Assembly (NCBI GenBank): GCA_964016885.1
Contig: OZ024741.1
Coordinates: 213,590,001-213,654,000 of the forward strand
Length of the DNA: 64,000 nucleotides
DNA from: Eledone cirrhosa
Lineage: Eukaryota
Direction: 5' to 3'
A program made the translations under genes and the position numbers. This document shows positions 16,201 to 35,280 of the stretch, one piece after another; within the stretch, counting starts at the first letter, position 1, and each line of letters starts with the position of its first letter. Below the pieces are notes generated by a model. It was given only the letters and a program-made list of their open reading frames with translations, had not been told where the DNA came from and ran no database searches.

Positions 16201-19200
16201 CACCAACATTACCATCACTATCACCATCACTACCATCACTATCACCAACATTACCATCACTATCACCATCATTACCATCACTAACACCAACACTTCCATC
16301 ACTATCACCAACACTACCATCACTATCACCAACACTACCATCACTATCACCAACATTACCATCACTATCACCAACACTACCGTCACTATCACCAACATTA
16401 CCATCACTATCACCAACATTACCATCACTATCACCAACATTACCATCACTATAACCAACGTTACCATCACTATCACCAACATTACCATCGCTATCACCAA
16501 CACTACCATCAATATCACCAACACTACCATCACTATCACCAACACTTCCATCACTATCACGAACATTACCATCACTATCACCAACACTACCATCACTATC
16601 ACAAACACTACCATCACTATCACCAACATTACCATCACTATCCCCAACGCTACCATCACTATCACCAACACTACCATCACTATCACCAACACTACCATCA
16701 TTATCACCAACACTACCATCACAATCACCAACACTACCCATGACTATCAACAACATTACCATCACTATCACCAACATTACCATCACTATCACCAACACTA
16801 CCATCACTATCACCAACACTACCATCACTATCACCAACATTACCATCACTATCACCAACACTACAATCTCTATCACCAACACTACCCATCACTATCACCA
16901 ACACTACCATCACTATCACCAATATTACCATCAATATCACCAACACTACCATCACTATCACCAACATTAACGTCACTATCACCAACATTACCATCACTAT
17001 CACCAACATTACCATCACTATCACCAACATTACCATCACTATCACCAACACTACCATCACTATCACCAACACTACCATCACTATCACCAACACTACCATG
17101 ACTATCACCAACACTATCATCACTATCACCAACACTACCATCACTATCACCAACATTACAATCACTATCACCAACACTACCATCACTATCACCAACTTTA
17201 CCATCACTATCACCAACACTTCCATCACTATCACCAACATTACCATCACTATCACCAACATTACCATCACTATCACCAAAACTACCATCACTATCACCAA
17301 CACTACCATCACTATCACCAACATTACCATCACTATCACCAACACTACTATCACTATCACCAACATTACCATCACTATCACCAACACTTCCATCACTATC
17401 ACCAACACTTCCATCACTATCACCAACATTACCATCACTATCACCAAAACTACCATCACTATCACCAACACTACCATCACTATCACCAAAACTACCATCA
17501 CTATCACCAACACTACCATAACTATCACCAACACTACTATCACTATCACCTACACTACCATCACTATCACCAACATTACCATCACTATCACCAACACTAC
17601 CATCACTATCACCAACATTACCATCACTATCACCAAAACTACCATCACTATCACCAACGCTACCATCACTATCACCAACATTACCATCACTATCACCAAC
17701 TTTACCATCACTATCACCAACACATCCATCACTATCACCAACACTACCAACACTATCACCAACATTACCATCGCCATCACCAACATTACCATCACTATCA
17801 CCAAAACTACCATCACTATCACCAACATTACCATCACTATCACCAACACTACGATCACTATCACTACCGCTACCATCACTATCACCAACATTACCATCAC
17901 TATCACCAAAACTACCATCACTATCACTAACGCTACCATCAATATCACCAACATTACCATCACAATCACCAACCTTACCATCACTATCACCAACACTTCC
18001 ATCACTATCACCAACATTACCATCACTATCACCAACACTTCCATCACTATCACCAACACTACCACCACTATCACCAACATTACCATCACTATCACCAACA
18101 TTACCACCATTATCACCAACACTACCATCACTATCACCAACACTACCATCACTATCACCTACACTACCATCACTATCACCAACACTACCATCACTATCAC
18201 CAACATTACCGTCACTATCACCAACACTACCATCACTATCACCAACACTACCATCACTATCACCAACACTACGATCACTATCACCAACATTACCGTCACT
18301 ATCACCTACACTACCATCACAATCACCAACACTACCATCACTATCACCAACACTTCCGTCACTATGACCAACATTACCATCACTATCACCAACATTACCA
18401 TCACTATCACCAACATTACCATCACTATAACCAACACTACCATCACTATCACCAACATTACCATCACTATCACCAACATTACCATCACTATCACCAACAT
18501 TACCATCACTATAACCAACACTACCCATGACTATCAACAACATTACCATCACTATCACCAACATTACCATCACTATCACCGACACTACCATCACTATCAC
18601 CAACATTACCATCACTATCACCAACACTACCATCACTATCACCAACATTAACGTCACTATCACCAACCTTACCATCACTATCACCAACATTACCATCACT
18701 ATCACCAACACTACCATCACTATCACCAACATTACCATCACTATCACCAACACTACCATCACTATCACCAACATTACCATCACTATCACCAACACTACCA
18801 TCACTATCACCAACATTAACGTCACTATCACCAACATTACCATCACTATCACCAACATTACCATCACTATCACCAACACTACCATCACTATCACCAACAT
18901 TACCATCACTATCACCAACACTACCATCACTATCACCAACATTACCATCACTATCACCAACACTACCATCACTATCACCAACACTACCATCACTATCACC
19001 AACACTATCATCACTATCACCAACACTACCATCACTATCACCAACATTACCATCACTATCACCAACCCTACCATCACTATCACCAACACTACCATGACTA
19101 TCACCAACACTATCATCACTATCACCAACACTACCATCACTATCACCAACATTACCATCACTATCACCAACACTACCATCACTATCACCAACACAACCAT

Positions 19201-19949
19201 CACTATCACCAACACTACCATCACTATCACCAACACAACCATCACTATCACCAACACTACCATCACTATCACCAACACTACCATCACTATCACCAACACT
19301 ACCATCACTATCACCAACACTAGCATCACTATCACCAACATTACCATCACTATCACCAACATTACCATCACTATCACCAACACTACCATCACTATCACCA
19401 ACATTACCATCACTATCACCAACACTACCATCACTATCACCAACACTACCATCACTATCACCAACATTAACGTCACTATCACCAACATTACCATCAATAT
19501 CACCAACATTACCATCACTATCACCAACACTACCATCACTATCACCAACACTACCATCACTATCACCAACATTACCATCACTATCACCAACATTACCATC
19601 ACTATCACCAACATTACCATCACTATCACCAACATTACCATCACTATCACCAACACTACCATCACTATCACCAACATTACCGTCACTATCACCAACACTA
19701 CCATCACTATCACCAACACTACCATCACTATCACCAACACTACCATCACTATCACCAACATTACCATCACTATCACCAACATTACCAGCACTATCACCAA
19801 CATTACCATCACTATCACCAACATCACCATCACAATCACCAACACTACCATCACTATAACCAACACTTCCATCACTATGACCAACATTACCATCACTATC
19901 ACCAACACCACCATCACAATCACCAACACTACCATCACTATCACTAACG

Positions 19950-22300
19950 CTACCATCACTATCACCAACACTACCATCACTATCACCAACATTACCATCA
20001 CTATCACCAACTTTACCATCACTATCACCAACACTTCCATCACTATCACCAACACTACACACACTATCACCAACATTACCATCGCTATCACCAACATTAC
20101 CATCACTATCACCAAAACTACCATCACTATCACCAAGATTACCATCACTATCACCAACACTACCATCACTATCACTAACGCTACCATCACTATCACCAAC
20201 ATTACCATCACTATCACCAAAACTACCATCACTATCACTAACGCTACCATCACTATCACCAACATTACCATCACTATCACCAACATTACCATCACAATCA
20301 GCAACTTTACCATCACTATCACCAACACTTCCATCACTATCACCAACATTTCCATCACTATCACCAACACTACCACCACTATCACCAACATTACCATCAC
20401 TATCACCAACATTACCACCTTTATCACCAACACTACCATCACTATCACTACCGCTACCATCACTATCACCAACATTACCATCAATATCACCAAAACTACC
20501 ATCACTATCACTAACGCTACCATCACTATCACCAACATTACCATCACAATCACCAACTTTACCATCACTATCACCAACACTTCCATCACTATCACCAACA
20601 CTACCACCACTATCACCAACATTACCATCACTATCACCAACATTACCACCATTATCACCAACACTACCATCACTATCACCAACACTACCATCACTATCAC
20701 CAACACTACCATCACTATCACCAACACTACCATCACTATCACCAACATTACCGTCACTATCACCAACACTACCATCACTATCACCAACACTACCATCACT
20801 ATCACCAACACTACCATCTCTATCACCAACACTACCCATCACTATCACCAACACTACCATCACTATCACCAACATTACCATCAATATCACCAACACTACC
20901 ATCACTATCACCAACACTACCATCACTATCACCGACACTACCCATCGCTATCACCAACACTACCATCACTATCACCAACAACACTACCATCACTATCACC
21001 AACATTACCATCACTATCACCAACATTACCATCAATATCACCAACATTACCATCACTATCAACAACACTACCATCACTATCACCAACACTACCATCACTA
21101 TCACCAACACTACCATCACTATCTCCAACACTACCATCACTATCACCAACACTGCCATCACTATCACCAACATTAACATCACTATCACCAACATTACCAT
21201 CACTATCACCAACACTACCATCACTATCACCAACACTACCACCACTATCACCAACACTACCATCACTATCACCAGCACTAACATCACTATCACCAACATT
21301 ACCATCACTATCACCATCATTACCATCACTATCACCAACATTACCATCACTATCACCAACACTACCATCACTATCACCAACATTACCATCACTATCACCA
21401 ACACTACCATCACTAACACCAACATTACCATCACTATCACCAACATTACCATCAATATCACCAACATTACCATCACTATCACCAACACTACCATCACTAT
21501 CACCGACATTACCATCACTATCACCAACACTACCATCACTATCACCACAACTACCATCACTATCACCAACATTACCATCACTATCACCAACACTACTATC
21601 ACTATCACCAACATTACCATCACTATCACCAAAACTACCATCACTATCACCAACACTTCCATCACTATCACCAACACTTCCATCACTATCACCAACATTA
21701 CCATCACTATCACCAACACTACCATCACTATCACCAAAACTACCATCACTATCACCAACACTACCATCACTATCACCAACACTACCATCACTATCACCTA
21801 CACTACCATCACTATCACCAACATTACCATCACTATCACCAACACTACCATCACTATCACCAACATTACCATCACTATCACCATAACTACCATCACTATC
21901 ACCAACACTACCATCACTATCACCAACATTACCATCACTATCACCAAAACTACCATCACTATCACCAACGCTACCATCACTATCACCAACATTACCATCG
22001 CTATCACCAACATTACCATCACTATCACCAAAACTACCATCACTATCACCAACATTACCATCACTATCACCAACACTACCATCACTATCACTACCGCTAC
22101 CATCACTATCACCAACATTACCATCACTATCACCAAAACTACCATCACTATCACTAACGCTACCATCACTATCACCAACATTACCATCACTATCACCAAC
22201 ACTTCCATCACTATCACCAACACTACCACCACTATCACCAACATTACCACCATTATCACCAACACTACCATCACTATCACCAACACTACCATCACTATCA
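19950..22300 (+). repeat. Dispersed copy of ~9920-12270 (offset 10030 bp)
   Basis: actacacacact at ~10024 and ~20054. Frameshift pair at 20832/20938 vs 10802/10908. atctcc at 21121 vs 11091. Confidence 0.92.
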
Positions 22301-25300
22301 CCAACACTACCATCACTATCACCAACACTTCCATCACTATGACCAACATTACCATCACTATCACCAACATTACCATCACTATCACCAACATTACCATCAC
22401 TATAACCAACACTACCATCACTATCACCAACATTACCATCACTATCACCAACATTACCATCACTATCACCAACATCACCATCACTATCACCAACATTACC
22501 ATCACTATCACCAACATTACCATCACTATCACCAACATTACCATCACTATAACCAACACTACCATCACTATCACCAACATTACCATCACTATCACCAACA
22601 CTACCATCACTATCACCAACATCACCATCACTATCACCAACATTACCATCACTATCACCAACACTACCATCACTATCACCAACACTACCATCACTATCAC
22701 CAACATTACCATCACTATCACCAACACCACCATCACAATCACCAACACTACCATCACTATCACCAACACTTCCATCACTATGACCAACATTACCATCACT
22801 ATCACCAACATTACCATCACTATCACCAACATTACCATCACTATCACCAACATTACCATCACTATAACCAACACTACCATCACTATCACCAACATTACCA
22901 TCACTATCACCAACACTACCATCACTATCACCAACACTACCATCACTATCACCAACAATTCCATCACTATGACCAACATTACCATCACTATCACCAACAT
23001 TACCATCACTATCACCAATATTACCATCAATATAACCAACACTACCATCACTATCACCAACATTACCGTCACTATCACCAACACTACCATCACTATCACC
23101 AACACTACCATCACTATCACCAACACTTCCATCACTATGACCAACATTACCATCACTATCACCAACATTACCATCACTATCACCAACATTACCATCACTA
23201 TCACCAACATTACCATCACTATCACCAACACTACCATCACTATCACCAACACTACCATCACTATCACCAACACTATCATCACTATCACTAACGCTACCAT
23301 CACTATCACCAACATTACCATCACTATCACTAACGCTACCATCACTATCACCAACACTACCATCACTATCACCAACACTACCATCACTATCACCAACACT
23401 ACCATCACTATCACCAACACTTCCATCACTATGACCAACATTTCCATCACTATCACCAACATTACCATCACTATCACCAACATTACCATCACTATAACCA
23501 ACACTACCATCACTATCACCAACATTACCATCACTATCACCAACATTACCATCACTATCACCAACATTACCATCACTATCACCAACATTACCATCACTAT
23601 CACCAACACTACCATCACTATCACCAACACTACCATCACTATCACCAACATTACCATCACTATCACCAACACCACCATCACAATCACCAACACTACCATC
23701 ACTATCACCAACACTTCCATCACTATGACCAACATTACCATCACTATCACCAACATTACCATCACTATCACCAACATTACCATCACTATAACCAACACTT
23801 CCATCACTATCACCAACATTACCATCACTATCACCAACACTACCATCACTATCACCAACACTACCATCACTATCACCAACAATTCCATCACTATGACCAA
23901 CATTACCATCACTATCACCAACATTACCATCACTATCACCAATATTACCATCACTATAACCAACACTACCATCACTATCACCAACATTACCATCACTATC
24001 ACCAACACTACCATCACTATCACCAACTTTACCATCACTATCACCAACACTTCCATCACTATCACCAACATTACCATCACTATCACCAACACTTCCATCA
24101 CTATCACCAACACTACCATCACTATCACCAACACTACCATCACTATCACCAACATTACCATCACTATCACCAACACTACCATCACTATCACCAAAACTAC
24201 CATCACTATAACCAACGTTACCATCACTATCACCAACATTACCATCGCTATCACCAACACTACCATCAATATCACCAACACTACCATCACTATCACCAAC
24301 ACTTCCATCACTATCACGAACATTACCATCACTATCACCAACACTACCATCACTATCACAAACACTACCATCACTATCACCAACATTACCATCACTATCC
24401 CCAACGCTACCATCACTATCACCAACACTACCATCACTATCACCAACACTACCATCATTATCACCAACACTACCATCACAATCACCAACACTACCCATGA
24501 CTATCAACAACATTACCATCACTATCACCAACATTACCATCACTATCACCAACACTACCATCACTATCACCAACACTACCATCACTATCACCAACATTAC
24601 CATCACTATCACCAACACTACAATCTCTATCACCAACACTACCCATCACTATCACCAACACTACCATCACTATCACCAATATTACCATCAATATCACCAA
24701 CACTACCATCACTATCACCAACATTAACGTCACTATCACCAACATTACCATCACTATCACCAACATTACCATCACTATCACCAACATTACCATCACTATC
24801 ACCAACACTACCATCACTATCACTACCGCTACCATCACTATCACCAACATTACCATCACTATCACCAAAACTACCATCACTATCACTAACGCTACCATCA
24901 CTATCACCAACATTACCATCACTATCACCAACACTTCCATCACTATCACCAACACTACCACCACTATCACCAACATTACCACCATTATCACCAACACTAC
25001 CATCACTATCACCAACACTACCATCACTATCACCAACACTACCATCACTATCACCAACACTTCCATCACTATGACCAACATTACCATCACTATCACCAAC
25101 ATTACCATCACTATCACCAACATTACCATCACTATAACCAACACTACCATCACTATCACCAACATTACCATCACTATCACCAACATTACCATCACTATCA
25201 CCAACATCACCATCACTATCACCAACATTACCATCACTATCACCAACATTACCATCACTATCACCAACATTACCATCACTATAACCAACACTACCATCAC

Positions 25301-27560
25301 TATCACCAACATTACCATCACTATCACCAACACTACCATCACTATCACCAACATCACCATCACTATCACCAACATTACCATCACTATCACCAACACTACC
25401 ATCACTATCACCAACACTACCATCACTATCACCAACATTACCATCACTATCACCAACACCACCATCACAATCACCAACACTACCATCACTATCACCAACA
25501 CTTCCATCACTATGACCAACATTACCATCACTATCACCAACATTACCATCACTATCACCAACATTACCATCACTATCACCAACATTACCATCACTATAAC
25601 CAACACTACCATCACTATCACCAACATTACCATCACTATCACCAACACTACCATCACTATCACCAACACTACCATCACTATCACCAACAATTCCATCACT
25701 ATGACCAACATTACCATCACTATCACCAACATTACCATCACTATCACCAATATTACCATCAATATAACCAACACTACCATCACTATCACCAACATTACCG
25801 TCACTATCACCAACACTACCATCACTATCACCAACACTACCATCACTATCACCAACACTTCCATCACTATGACCAACATTACCATCACTATCACCAACAT
25901 TACCATCACTATCACCAACATTACCATCACTATCACCAACATTACCATCACTATCACCAACACTACCATCACTATCACCAACACTACCATCACTATCACC
26001 AACACTATCATCACTATCACTAACGCTACCATCACTATCACCAACATTACCATCACTATCACTAACGCTACCATCACTATCACCAACACTACCATCACTA
26101 TCACCAACACTACCATCACTATCACCAACACTACCATCACTATCACCAACACTTCCATCACTATGACCAACATTTCCATCACTATCACCAACATTACCAT
26201 CACTATCACCAACATTACCATCACTATAACCAACACTACCATCACTATCACCAACATTACCATCACTATCACCAACATTACCATCACTATCACCAACATT
26301 ACCATCACTATCACCAACATTACCATCACTATCACCAACACTACCATCACTATCACCAACACTACCATCACTATCACCAACATTACCATCACTATCACCA
26401 ACACCACCATCACAATCACCAACACTACCATCACTATCACCAACACTTCCATCACTATGACCAACATTACCATCACTATCACCAACATTACCATCACTAT
26501 CACCAACATTACCATCACTATAACCAACACTTCCATCACTATCACCAACATTACCATCACTATCACCAACACTACCATCACTATCACCAACACTACCATC
26601 ACTATCACCAACAATTCCATCACTATGACCAACATTACCATCACTATCACCAACATTACCATCACTATCACCAATATTACCATCACTATAACCAACACTA
26701 CCATCACTATCACCAACATTACCATCACTATCACCAACATTACCATCACTATCACCAACACTACCATCACTATCACCAACTTTACCATCACTATCACCAA
26801 CACTTCCATCACTATCACCAACATTACCATCACTATCACCAACACTTCCATCACTATCACCAACACTACCATCACTATCACCAACACTACCATCACTATC
26901 ACCAACATTACCATCACTATCACCAACACTACCATCACTATCACCAAAACTACCATCACTATAACCAACGTTACCATCACTATCACCAACATTACCATCG
27001 CTATCACCAACACTACCATCAATATCACCAACACTACCATCACTATCACCAACACTTCCATCACTATCACGAACATTACCATCACTATCACCAACACTAC
27101 CATCACTATCACAAACACTACCATCACTATCACCAACATTACCATCACTATCCCCAACGCTACCATCACTATCACCAACACTACCATCACTATCACCAAC
27201 ACTACCATCATTATCACCAACACTACCATCACAATCACCAACACTACCCATGACTATCAACAACATTACCATCACTATCACCAACATTACCATCACTATC
27301 ACCAACACTACCATCACTATCACCAACACTACCATCACTATCACCAACATTACCATCACTATCACCAACACTACAATCTCTATCACCAACACTACCCATC
27401 ACTATCACCAACACTACCATCACTATCACCAATATTACCATCAATATCACCAACACTACCATCACTATCACCAACATTAACGTCACTATCACCAACATTA
27501 CCATCACTATCACCAACATTACCATCACTATCACCAACATTACCATCACTATCACCAACA
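22080..27560 (+). repeat. Higher-order tandem duplication, ~2732-2753-bp unit; related copy at ~14450-17050
   Basis: acgaac at 16559, 24316 and 27069. Frameshift pairs at 16734/16882, 24491/24639 and 27244/27392. atg at 22339 vs 25071 (offset 2732, one monomer less than 2753). Confidence 0.92.
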
Positions 27561-28329
27561 CTACCATCACTATCACCAACACTACCATCACTATCACCAA
27601 CACTACCATGACTATCACGAACACTATCATCACTATCACCAACACTACCATCACTATCACCAACATTACAATCACTATCACCAACACTACCATCACTATC
27701 ACCAACTTTACCATCACTATCACCAACACTTCCATCACTATCACCAACATTACCATCACTATCACCAACATTACCATCACTATCACCAAAACTACCATCA
27801 CTATCACCAACACTACCATCACTATCACCAACATTACCATCACTATCACCAACACTACTATCACTATCACCAACATTACCATCACTATCACCAACACTTC
27901 CATCACTATCACCAACACTTCCATCACTATCACCAACATTACCATCACTATCACCAAAACTACCATCACTATCACCAACACTACCATCACTATCACCAAA
28001 ACTACCATCACTATCACCAACACTACCATAACTATCACCAACACTACTATCACTATCACCTACACTACCATCACTATCACCAACATTACCATCACTATCA
28101 CCAACACTACCATCACTATCACCAACATTACCATCACTATCACCAAAACTACCATCACTATCACCAACGCTACCATCACTATCACCAACATTACCATCAC
28201 TATCACCAACTTTACCATCACTATCACCAACACTTCCATCACTATCACCAACACTACCAACACTATCACCAACAATACCATCGCCATCACCAACACTACC
28301 ATCACTATCACCAACACTACCATCACTAT

Positions 28330-29450
28330 CACCAACATTACCATCACTATCACCAACACTACCATCACTATCACCAACATTAACGTCACTATCACCAACA
28401 TTACCATCACTATCACCAACATTACCATCACTATCACCAACACTACCATCACTATCACCAACATTACCATCACTATCACCAACACTACCATCACTATCAC
28501 AAACATTACCATCACTATCACCAACACTACCATCACTATCACCAACACTACCATCACTATCACCAACACTATCATCACTATCACCAACACTACCATCACT
28601 ATCACCAACATTACCATCACTATCACCAACCCTACCATCACTATCACCAACACTACCATGACTATCACCAACACTATCATCACTATCACCAACACTACCA
28701 TCACTATCACCAACATTACCATCACTATCACCAACACTACCATCACTATCACCAACACAACCATCACTATCACCAACACTACCATCACTATCACCAACAC
28801 AACCATCACTATCACCAACACTACCATCACTATCACCAACACTACCATCACTATCACCAACACTACCATCACTATCACCAACACTAGCATCACTATCACC
28901 AACATTACCATCACTATCACCAACATTACCATCACTATCACCAACACTACCATCACTATCACCAACATTACCATCACTATCACCAACACTACCATCACTA
29001 TCACCAACACTACCATCACTATCACCAACATTAACGTCACTATCACCAACATTACCATCAATATCACCAACATTACCATCACTATCACCAACACTACCAT
29101 CACTATCACCAACACTACCATCACTATCACCAACATTACCATCACTATCACCAACATTACCATCACTATCACCAACATTACCATCACTATCACCAACATT
29201 ACCATCACTATCACCAACACTACCATCACTATCACCAACATTACCGTCACTATCACCAACACTACCATCACTATCACCAACACTACCATCACTATCACCA
29301 ACACTACCATCACTATCACCAACATTACCATCACTATCACCAACATTACCAGCACTATCACCAACATTACCATCACTATCACCAACACCACCATCACAAT
29401 CACCAACACTACCATCACTATAACCAACACTTCCATCACTATGACCAACA
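28330..29450 (+). repeat. Dispersed copy of ~18770-19890 (offset 9564 bp)
   Basis: aaccctacc at 19064 and 28628. actagcatc at ~19319 and ~28883. The aca, aacgtc, gtc and agc variants occur in the same order in both. Confidence 0.85.
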
Positions 29451-31649
29451 TTACCATCACTATCACCAACACCACCATCACAATCACCAACACTACCATC
29501 ACTATAACCAACACTTCCATCACTATGACCAACACTACCATCACTATCACCAACACTACCATCACTATCACCAACATTACCATCACTATCACCAACACTA
29601 CCATCACTATCACCAACACTACCATCACTATCACCAACAATTCCATCACTATGACCAACATTACCATCACTATCACCAACATTACCATCACTATCACCAA
29701 TATTACCATCCCTATAACCAACACTACCATCACTATCACCAACACTACTATCACTATCACCAACACTTCCATCACTATGACCAACATTACCATCACTATC
29801 ACCAACATTACCATCACTATCACCAACATTACCATCACTATAACCAACAGTACCATCACTATCACCAACACTACCATCACTATCACCAACATTACCATCA
29901 CTATCACCAACATTACCATCACTATAACCAACATTACCATCACTATCACCAACATTACCATCGCTATCACCAACACTACCATCAATATCACCAACACTAC
30001 CATCACTATCACCAACACTTCCATCACTATGACCAACATTACCATCACTATCACCAACACTACCATCACTATCACAAACACTACCATCACTATCACTAAC
30101 ACTACCATCACTATCACCAACGCTACCATCAATATCACCAACACTAGCATCAATATCACCTGCACTACCATCACTATCACCAACATTACCATCACTATCA
30201 CCAACATTACCATCACTATCACCAACATTACCATCACTATCACCAACACTACCATCACTATCACCAACATTACCATCAATATCATCAACACTAGCATCAA
30301 TATCACCTGCACTACCATCACTATCACCAACATTACCATCACTATCACCAACATTACCATCACTATCACCAACACTACCATCACTATCACCAAAATTACC
30401 ATCCCTATCACCAACATTACCATCACTATCAGCAACATTACCATCACTATCACCAACACTATCATCACTATAACCAACATTAACGTCACTATCACCAACA
30501 TTACCATCACTATCACCAACATTACCATCACTATCACCAACATTACCATCACTATCACCAACACTACCATCACTATCACCAACACTACCATCACTATCAC
30601 CAACACTATCATCACTATCACCAACACTACCATCACTATCACCAACATTACCATCACTATCACCAACACTACCATCAGTATCAACAACATTACCATCACT
30701 ATCACCAACACTACCATCACTATCACCAACACTACCATCACTATCACCAACACTACCATGACTATCACCAACACTATCATCACTATCACCAACACTACCA
30801 TCACTATCACCAACATTACCATCATTATCACCAACACTACCATCACTATCACCAATACAACCATCACTATCACCAACACTACCATCACTATCACCAACAC
30901 TACCATCACTATCACCAACATTACCATCACTATCACCAACACTTCCATCACTATCACCAACATTACCATCACTATCACCAACACTACCATCACTATCACC
31001 AACATTAACGTCACTATCACCAACATTACCATCACTATCACCAACATTACCATCACTATCACCAACACTACCATCACTATCACCAACATTACCATCACTA
31101 TCACCAACACTACCATCACTATCACCAACATTACCATCACTATCACCAACACTACCATCACTATCATCAACACTACCATCACTATCACCAACATTACCAT
31201 CACTATCACCAACACTACCATCACTATCACCAACACTACCATCACTATCACCAACACTATCATCACTATCATCAACACTACCATCACTATCACCAACATT
31301 ACCATCACTATCACCAACACTACCATCACTATCACCAACATTACCATAACTATCACCAACACTACCCATCACTATCACCAACACTACCATCACTATCACC
31401 AACACTACCATCACTATCACCAACATTACCATCACTATCACCAACACTACCATCACTATCACCAACACTATCATCACTATCATCAACACTACCATCACTA
31501 TCACCAACATTACCATCACTATCACCAACACTACCATCACTATCACCAACATTACCATCACTATCACTACACTACCCATCACTATCACCAACACTACCAT
31601 CACTATCACCAACATTACCATCACTATCACCAACACTACCATCACTATC

Positions 31650-34600
31650 ACCAATACAACCATCACTATCACCAACACTACCATCACTATCACCAACACT
31701 ACCATCACTATCACCAACATTACCATCACTCTCACCAACACTTCCATCACTATCACCAACATTACCATCACTATCACCAACACTACCATCACTATCACCA
31801 ACATTAACGTCACTATCACCAACATTACCATCACTATCACCAACATTACCATCACTATCACCAACACTACATCATTATCACCAACATTACCATCACTATC
31901 ACCAACACTACCATCACTATCACCAACATTACCATCACTATCACCAACACTACCATCACTATCATCAACACTACCATCACTATCACCAACATTACCATCA
32001 CTATCACCAACACTACCATCACTATCACCAACACTACCATCACTATCACCAACACTATCATCACTATCATCAACACTACCATCACTATCACCAACATTAC
32101 CATCACTATCACCAACACTACCATCACTATCACCAACATTACCATCACTATCACCAACACTACCCATCACTATCACCAACACCTCCATCACTATCACCAA
32201 CACTACCATCACTATCACCAACATTACCATCACTATCACCAACACTACCATCACTATCACCAACATTACCATCACTATCACCAACACTACCATCACTATC
32301 ACCAACACTACCATCACTATCACCAACACTACCATCACTATGACCAACACTTCCATCACTATGACCAACATTACCATCACTATCACCAACATTACCATCA
32401 CTATCACCAACACTACCATCACTATCACCAACATTACCATCACTATCACCAACACTACCCATCACTATCACCAACACTACCATCACTATCACCAACACTA
32501 CCATCACTATCACAAACATTACCATCACTATCACCAACACTACCATCACTATCACCAACACTATCATCACTATCACCAACACTACCATCACTATCACCTA
32601 CACTACCATCACTATCACCAACACTACCATCACTATCACAAACACTACCATCACTATCACCAACACTACCATCACTATCACCAACATTACCATCCCTTTC
32701 ACCAACACTACCATCACTATCACCAACATTACCATCACTATCACCAACATTACCATCACTATAACCAACACTACCATCACTATCACCAACATTACCATCA
32801 CTATCACCAACACTACCATCACTATCATCAACACTACCATCACTATCACCAACACTTCCATCACTATGACCAACATTACCATCACTATCACCAACACTAC
32901 CATCACTATCACCAACACTACCATCACTATCACCAACACTTCCATCACTATGACCAACATTACCATCACTATCACCAACACTACCATTACTATCACCAAT
33001 ACTTCCATCACTATGACCAACATTACCACCACTATCACCAACACTACCATCACTATCACCAACATTACCATCACTATCACCAACACTACCATCACTATCA
33101 CCAACACTACCATCACTATCATCAACACTACCATCACTATCACCAACACTTCCATCACTATGACCAACATTACCATCACTATCACCAACATTACCATCAC
33201 TATCACCAAAACTACCATCACTATCACTAACGCTACCATCACTATCACCAACATTACCATCACTATCACCAACATTACCATCACTATCACCAAAACTACC
33301 ATCACTATCACTAACGCTACCATCACTATCACCAACATTACCATCACTATCACCAACATTACCATCACTATCACCAACACTACCATCACTATCACCAACA
33401 TTACCATCACTATCACCAACACTTCCATCACTATCACCAACATTACCATCACTATCACCAACACTACCATCACTATCACCAACATTAACGTCACTATCAC
33501 CAACATTACCAGCACTATCACCAACATTACCATCACTATCACCAAAACTACCATCACTATCACCAACATTACCATCACTATCACCAATACAACCATCACT
33601 ATCACCAACACTACCATCACTATCACCAACACTACCATCACTATCACCAACATTACCATCACTATCACCAACACTTCCATCACTATCACCAACATTACCA
33701 TCACTATCACCAACACTACCATCACTATCACCAACATTAACGTCACTATCACCAACATTACCATCACTATCACCAACATTACCATCACTATCACCAACAC
33801 TACCATCATTATCACCAACATTACCATCACTATCACCAACACTACCATCACTATCACCAACATTACCATCACTATCACCAACACTACCATCACTATCATC
33901 AACACTACCATCACTATCACCAACATTACCATCACTATCACCAACACTACCATCACTATCACCAACACTACCATCACTATCACCAACACTATCATCACTA
34001 TCATCAACACTACCATCACTATCACCAACATTACCATCACTATCACCAACACTACCATCACTATCACCAACATTACCATCACTATCACCAACACTACCCA
34101 TCACTATCACCAACACTACCATCACTATCACCAACACTACCATCACTATCACCAACATTACCATCACTATCACCAACACTACCATCACTATCACCAACAT
34201 TACCATCACTATCACCAACACTACCATCACTATCACCAACACTACCATCACTATCACCAACACTACCATCACTATGACCAACACTTCCATCACTATGACC
34301 AACATTACCATCTCTATCACCAACATTACCATCACTATCACCAACACTACCATCACTATCACCAACATTACCATCACTATCACCAACACTACCCATCACT
34401 ATCACCAACACTACCATCACTATCACCAACACTACCATCACTATCACAAACATTACCATCACTATCACCAACACTACCATCACTATCACCAACACTATCA
34501 TCACTATCACCAACACTACCATCACTATCACCTACACTACCATCACTATCACCAACACTACCATCACTATCACAAACACTACCATCACTATCACCAACAC

Positions 34601-35280
34601 TACCATCACTATCACCAACATTACCATCCCTTTCACCAACACTACCATCACTATCACCAACATTACCATCACTATCACCAACATTACCATCACTATAACC
34701 AACACTACCATCACTATCACCAACATTACCATCACTATCACCAACACTACCATCACTATCATCAACACTACCATCACTATCACCAACACTTCCATCACTA
34801 TGACCAACATTACCATCACTATCACCAACACTACCATCACTATCACCAACACTACCATCACTATCACCAACACTTCCATCAATATGACCAACATTACCAT
34901 CACTATCACCAACACTACCATTACTATCACCAATACTTCCATCACTATGACCAACATTACCACCACTATCACCAACACTACCATCACTATCACCAACATT
35001 ACCATCACTATCACCAACACTACCATCACTATCACCAACACTACCATCACTATCATCAACACTACCATCACTATCACCAACACTTCCATCACTATGACCA
35101 ACAATACCATCACTATCACCAACATTACCATCACTATCACCAAAACTACCATCACTATCACTAACGCTACCATCACTATCACCAACATTACCATCACTAT
35201 CACCAACATTACCATCACTATCACCAAAACTACCATCACTATCACTAACGCTACCATCACTATCACCAACATTACCATCA
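31650..35280 (+). repeat. Higher-order tandem duplication, 1934-bp unit
   Basis: atccctttc at 32692 and 34626. Frameshift pairs at 32160/32455 and 34094/34389. Confidence 0.92.
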
